Below are positions 33,742 through 36,891 of a DNA stretch of 36,891 nt, one piece after another (the stretch's first letter is position 1; each line of letters begins with the position of its first letter). The translations under genes and the position numbers were made by a program. The notes beneath the pieces are model-generated. The model saw nothing but the letters and a program-made list of their open reading frames with translations. It was not told where the DNA came from and made no database searches. Where the stretch lies: positions 1-36,891 of IMG/VR virus record IMGVR_UViG_3300043428_000023; one strand, 5' to 3'. The stretch comes from a virus. Taxonomy: Duplodnaviria > Caudoviricetes.

Positions 33742-35699
33742 TAGAAGGCACTCCCATATGCGCCGCCGCGCCGCTTGGCATCCAGAACAGCCGCCTTAGC
33801 GCTGTCAGCGATCTGCGGCATCAGTTGCTTGATCTCGGCGCGGACGGTTTGCTGCACGCCTGTGGTGACGTTGATCGTTTGGTTCACCACCACGCCACCG
33901 CCGCCGCCCATCGCAGCCTTTGCCTGCGGCACGGACAGCACCCGGCCAGATGTAGATGGCACGAAAAGTTCGCGGCCATGCTCGCCGACGACAGAGGCTT
34001 GCCCAGCCATCAATGCGCCGCCTGATGCGCTGCCCGTGATGCCAAGTGCGCCTCCGATTGCGCCAAGAATTCCAGAGCCTGCCGCCTTGGACGTTGCAAA
34101 GCTGCCGACCAAACGCTGCACCACCAGAACCCGATAAAGTTCCTTGATGATGTCGGCGGCCATAGACTTAAAGGCATCCTTCGCGCTCATCGTCCCATCG
34201 ACCATGCCCATAAAAGCATCTTCCATTGAGGACTGAATGGTCGATGAGATGCTCTCGAATTCTGTAAGCGTCAGACCAAGGGCTTCGACCTGCTTTGTGT
34301 ATGCTTCTAAGGATTGCTTTGCCTCAAGCGCCTTTATTTTGCTTTCAGACATTGCGCCATTTGCGCCTTTTTGAGCCGTCTTTGACAACTCAGCCTGAAC
34401 AGCAAGGTTGTAATGTTCTTCAGCAAGCGCGCTGATGCCAGCAAGAATTTCAGGAGATGCTGTGCCAGATGGATCAGCAGCATTTGCAAGGGCAATTTGA
34501 TTTGCCAGAAATGCCTCTTTTTCTTTTAGCGCCACGGCCTTAGCACGTTCTTCGTTGCTCAAACCTTGCAAGTCAACTTGATCTTGCAACTCATCTGTTT
34601 CCGCCTGAAAGGCATTAAATCCAGCAACGCGCTGGGCATCAGCTTTTTCACGCTGAGCAACAGCAGCCTTGGCCGCTTCAAGTTCTTGTTTCGCAATTTC
34701 AACGCGCTCATGGGCATCATCAAGCTGCGTAATTGTCGGCGGCTTGCCCATCTCTGCCTGCATTTCAAGCGCGTTTAATTTGTTTTGCGCCTCAATGAGG
34801 TTGTCAGTTTCTTTTTTGACTTTTGAGTATTCGACCGCTGCGGCTGCAAGTTCATCCGCATCTAAGAGGTTTGGCATCCCGCCGCCAGCACTGATCGTCA
34901 AAAACTCGCGTGCTGCGCTGGAAAGACCAGCAATGGCCTGCGCGGCGCTAATCAAAAGCGGCGCAATCGTTATCAGAGCAACGGTCAGATTTGATGAGAT
35001 CACCATAGACATGGCATCAAGCTGATCGCCCGCATCTTCCGCTTTTTTAATTACACTTTCATCAATTACAACGCCCATTGCCTGCGCTTCTTCGCGCATT
35101 CTCGCAAGCCCGTCAGAACCCTGAGAAAGCATGTTGATCATCTTGACGCCAGATTTGCCAAACAGATCGGCGGCAAGAGTTGCACGCTGCATTGGGTTTT
35201 CAACAGCCGCGATCCTGTCAGCAATCATGCCCAATGCTTCTTCAAGCGGCACGGCAGAAAGTTGCGCCGCAGAAAGATTAAGACCCTCAAGCGATTTCTT
35301 AGCGGCAGAGCCACCCATCGCTGCATCGCCAAGGTTCTTTGAAAGCACGACAAGAGACTGCTGCAATACATCTTGCTGAACGCCACTCAGTTGAGCCGCA
35401 TAGCGCAATTCTTGCAAGGCCGTTGTGGTCAAGCCAATTGAGTTTGCAGCATCAGCCAGATCGCCAAGTTTATCTGCTGCGGCCCGAACAGACGATGCAA
35501 GTTGCTGAAAGACAGCGGCGGCGGCTAGTCCCTTTGCGGCCTGCGCCAAGCGTTCAAATGACGCGCCAGCGCCAGACAAGTCCTTGTCAGCTTTCTTTGC
35601 AAAATTCTCAACTCGCTTGGAGTTTGCCGCCATAGCTTTGGCAAACTCTTTGTCCTTGGCGGCCAAGATGATGTTTAGTTGTTCAGCACTAATTGCCAT
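33741..35699 (-). CDS. Tape measure protein (~652 aa)
   Basis: Long Ala-rich helical ORF after the chaperones; C-terminal ASGG...VVGEHGRELFVP motif. Confidence 0.92.
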   Translation of the reverse strand: MAISAEQLNIILAAKDKEFAKAMAANSKRVENFAKKADKDLSGAGASFERLAQAAKGLAAAAVFQQLASSVRAAADKLGDLADAANSIGLTTTALQELRYAAQLSGVQQDVLQQSLVVLSKNLGDAAMGGSAAKKSLEGLNLSAAQLSAVPLEEALGMIADRIAAVENPMQRATLAADLFGKSGVKMINMLSQGSDGLARMREEAQAMGVVIDESVIKKAEDAGDQLDAMSMVISSNLTVALITIAPLLISAAQAIAGLSSAAREFLTISAGGGMPNLLDADELAAAAVEYSKVKKETDNLIEAQNKLNALEMQAEMGKPPTITQLDDAHERVEIAKQELEAAKAAVAQREKADAQRVAGFNAFQAETDELQDQVDLQGLSNEERAKAVALKEKEAFLANQIALANAADPSGTASPEILAGISALAEEHYNLAVQAELSKTAQKGANGAMSESKIKALEAKQSLEAYTKQVEALGLTLTEFESISSTIQSSMEDAFMGMVDGTMSAKDAFKSMAADIIKELYRVLVVQRLVGSFATSKAAGSGILGAIGGALGITGSASGGALMAGQASVVGEHGRELFVPSTSGRVLSVPQAKAAMGGGGGVVVNQTINVTTGVQQTVRAEIKQLMPQIADSAKAAVLDAKRRGGAYGSAF

Positions 35700-35916
35700 C
35701 AACCTGCCTCACAAGTTCGCGGAACTGCTCCGCTGTCATCGCGTCATCACCGGGCTTCTTCGGCGCATGTGCATCATGCCAGCCTTGGAAAACAAGCCAA
35801 GCGTCTTTCGGGATCATATCACGGATTTCTTCAGGGCGTAAGCCGATGACGATCCCGTTCTTGATCATGCCTCTGACGTTGAGGCGGTCAATTCTTGGTC
35901 CTCTAGCGGCTTTTTT
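35689..35916 (-). CDS. Tail assembly chaperone T segment (-1 frame extension of G)
   Basis: Open -1 frame after the slippery site: KAARGPRIDRLNVRGMIKNGIVIGLRPEEIRDMIPKDAWLVFQGW...VDGN*. Confidence 0.8.
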   Translation of the reverse strand, partial: KKAARGPRIDRLNVRGMIKNGIVIGLRPEEIRDMIPKDAWLVFQGWHDAHAPKKPGDDAMTAEQFRELVRQVDGN

Positions 35917-36266
35917 TTTGAGGCTTTTTCCACCTCCTCCGCCGTGTCCGGCATGAAGGCAATGCCGAGGACAGCCTGCGCGATCTGATAAAGGCGCAAG
36001 AGATCGGCAGGCGTTGCAGACGACAACACCTTGTCGGCCTCTGCGTCTTTCATGCCGCCGCCGACAAGAGCCAATGCCAAAAGGTCTTTGATCTCGGTGC
36101 TTGTCGGCTTCTTGCCACGGCCAAAGACGCCCTCCCAGAAATCAAAGATGCCTCGGTGCTTGTCCTCAAACCGCTCAATCTCACGATTGCGGAGCAGGAA
36201 AACGTAAGAGGTGTCGCCGATGTATTCGACGACACCTCCACGCGGCGCTTCTGCCGTGATGCTCAT
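35865..36266 (-). CDS. Tail assembly chaperone G (GTA gp10-like)
   Basis: 133 aa after the tail tube; LLALALVGGGM motif. Confidence 0.82.
   Translation of the reverse strand: MSITAEAPRGGVVEYIGDTSYVFLLRNREIERFEDKHRGIFDFWEGVFGRGKKPTSTEIKDLLALALVGGGMKDAEADKVLSSATPADLLRLYQIAQAVLGIAFMPDTAEEVEKASKKKPLEDQELTASTSEA
35910..35919 (-). promoter_or_regulatory. Programmed -1 frameshift slippery site (A9 run, A AAA AAG)
   Basis: TCA AAA AAA AAG in the G frame; canonical location between tail tube and tape measure. Confidence 0.82.
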
Positions 36267-36691
36267 TAGACAGCCGTGAACGTGACTGCACCAGTGCTGG
36301 ACAGCGTAACGGAGTAGGTTACACCGCCTTCAGTCTCGCCGCCAAATTCCAGCGACTCGATGTAGAAAGCGCCTGCATAAGTGCCGAAAGCCGGAACGGT
36401 GACGGTAAAGTTGGCTTTGGCGTCTGCCTGCATTGCCACGGTGTTCATCCGCAATTCGGTGGCGCTGTCCTCAAAGAAGCCGTCGCCAGAGATCGAAACG
36501 CTTTTCAGGCCGCCAAGGTTTTCGGTCCACAGTGCGCCGCCGGGGGTGGTGCAGTCTGGGGTGGTCACGTCGATCATGGAGTTGTTGATCGTCATGGTTT
36601 TGCTGTTCAGCCCGCAAAGGTTCGCAAAGACTTCCGGCGATGCGCCATCGCCAATCTTTACGAGCAGGGCGCGTCCAAGTTGTTTAGCCAT
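36266..36691 (-). CDS. Major tail tube protein (TP901-1 family)
   Basis: QLGRALLVKIGDG, IDVTT.D, GLKSVSISGDGFF and YSVTLSSTG motifs. Confidence 0.93.
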   Translation of the reverse strand: MAKQLGRALLVKIGDGASPEVFANLCGLNSKTMTINNSMIDVTTPDCTTPGGALWTENLGGLKSVSISGDGFFEDSATELRMNTVAMQADAKANFTVTVPAFGTYAGAFYIESLEFGGETEGGVTYSVTLSSTGAVTFTAV

Positions 36692-36722
36692 GATGGCCTC
36701 CGTTTAAAGGGCTTGCCCAAGG
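36686..36722 (-). promoter_or_regulatory. Hairpin+RBS leader element (copy 2) upstream of the major tail gene
   Basis: CCTTGGGCAAG-N10-GGAGGCCATCATGGCT, as at 3077..3113. Confidence 0.7.
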
Positions 36723-36735
36723 CCCGTTGCTAGGC

Positions 36736-36891
36736 TCACTCGAGCAATGCCCGAAGCACGATCACAGCCGTGTAGCCACGGCCATCAGGGTCTCTTGTAA
36801 CACTGTGGGTCTGGAAAATCAATTCGACCAGCGTGAACCCGGTGACGGTCACGCTTGTCTCTTGGCGGTGCAAAGCCGCCTGCACAGCCTC
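36736..36891 (-). CDS. Tail terminator / DUF3168-type protein, 3' part
   Basis: Reads EAVQAALHRQETSVTVTGFTLVELIFQTHSVTRDPDGRGYTAVIVLRALLE*; the first three codons (EAV) duplicate the last three of the 1..264 part. Confidence 0.85.
   Translation of the reverse strand, partial: EAVQAALHRQETSVTVTGFTLVELIFQTHSVTRDPDGRGYTAVIVLRALLE

Larger units (their letters stand above)
1..36891. mobile_element. Complete (circularly permuted) siphovirus-type phage genome, HK97-like head, probable alphaproteobacterial host
   Basis: Full set of head, tail, lysis and replication modules with no host housekeeping genes; terminal 9-nt identity CACAGCCTC and a gene continuing in frame across the ends. Confidence 0.92.

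Overview
The window is very probably a complete, circularly permuted genome (about 36.9 kb) of a tailed dsDNA phage with siphovirus-type tail genes and an HK97-type head. The host is probably an alphaproteobacterium, inferred from GTA/Rhodobacterales-like head-tail genes and GC-rich codons. The last 9 nt repeat the first 9 nt, and a tail-terminator gene reads in frame across the join. The minus strand carries a long late arm: HNH, terS/terL, portal, protease, capsid, neck, tail tube, G/GT chaperone with a -1 frameshift, tape measure, tail tip, tail fibre and an expanded lysis cassette with a GH19 endolysin and an exported SNase. A central replication/recombination block holds a DUF3987-type ATPase, Sak4, SSB, a YqaJ exonuclease, a RadD-like helicase and VRR-NUC. 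A plus-strand array of small early genes follows. I found no integrase, CI-type repressor, DNA polymerase, primase, tRNA or CRISPR. The most notable signals are: (1) a translationally coupled TGT/DpdA-like transglycosylase plus YhhQ/VUT queuosine-precursor transporter with no biosynthetic genes, a candidate salvage-only 7-deazaguanine base-modification system; (2) an identical hairpin+RBS element ahead of both the capsid and tail-tube genes; (3) a roughly 98-nt three-way-junction structure where the early and late transcripts converge; (4) an SSB-tail-like early peptide; (5) a domain-fused prohead protease with an internal promoter and start. All calls come from reading motifs; no searches were run.
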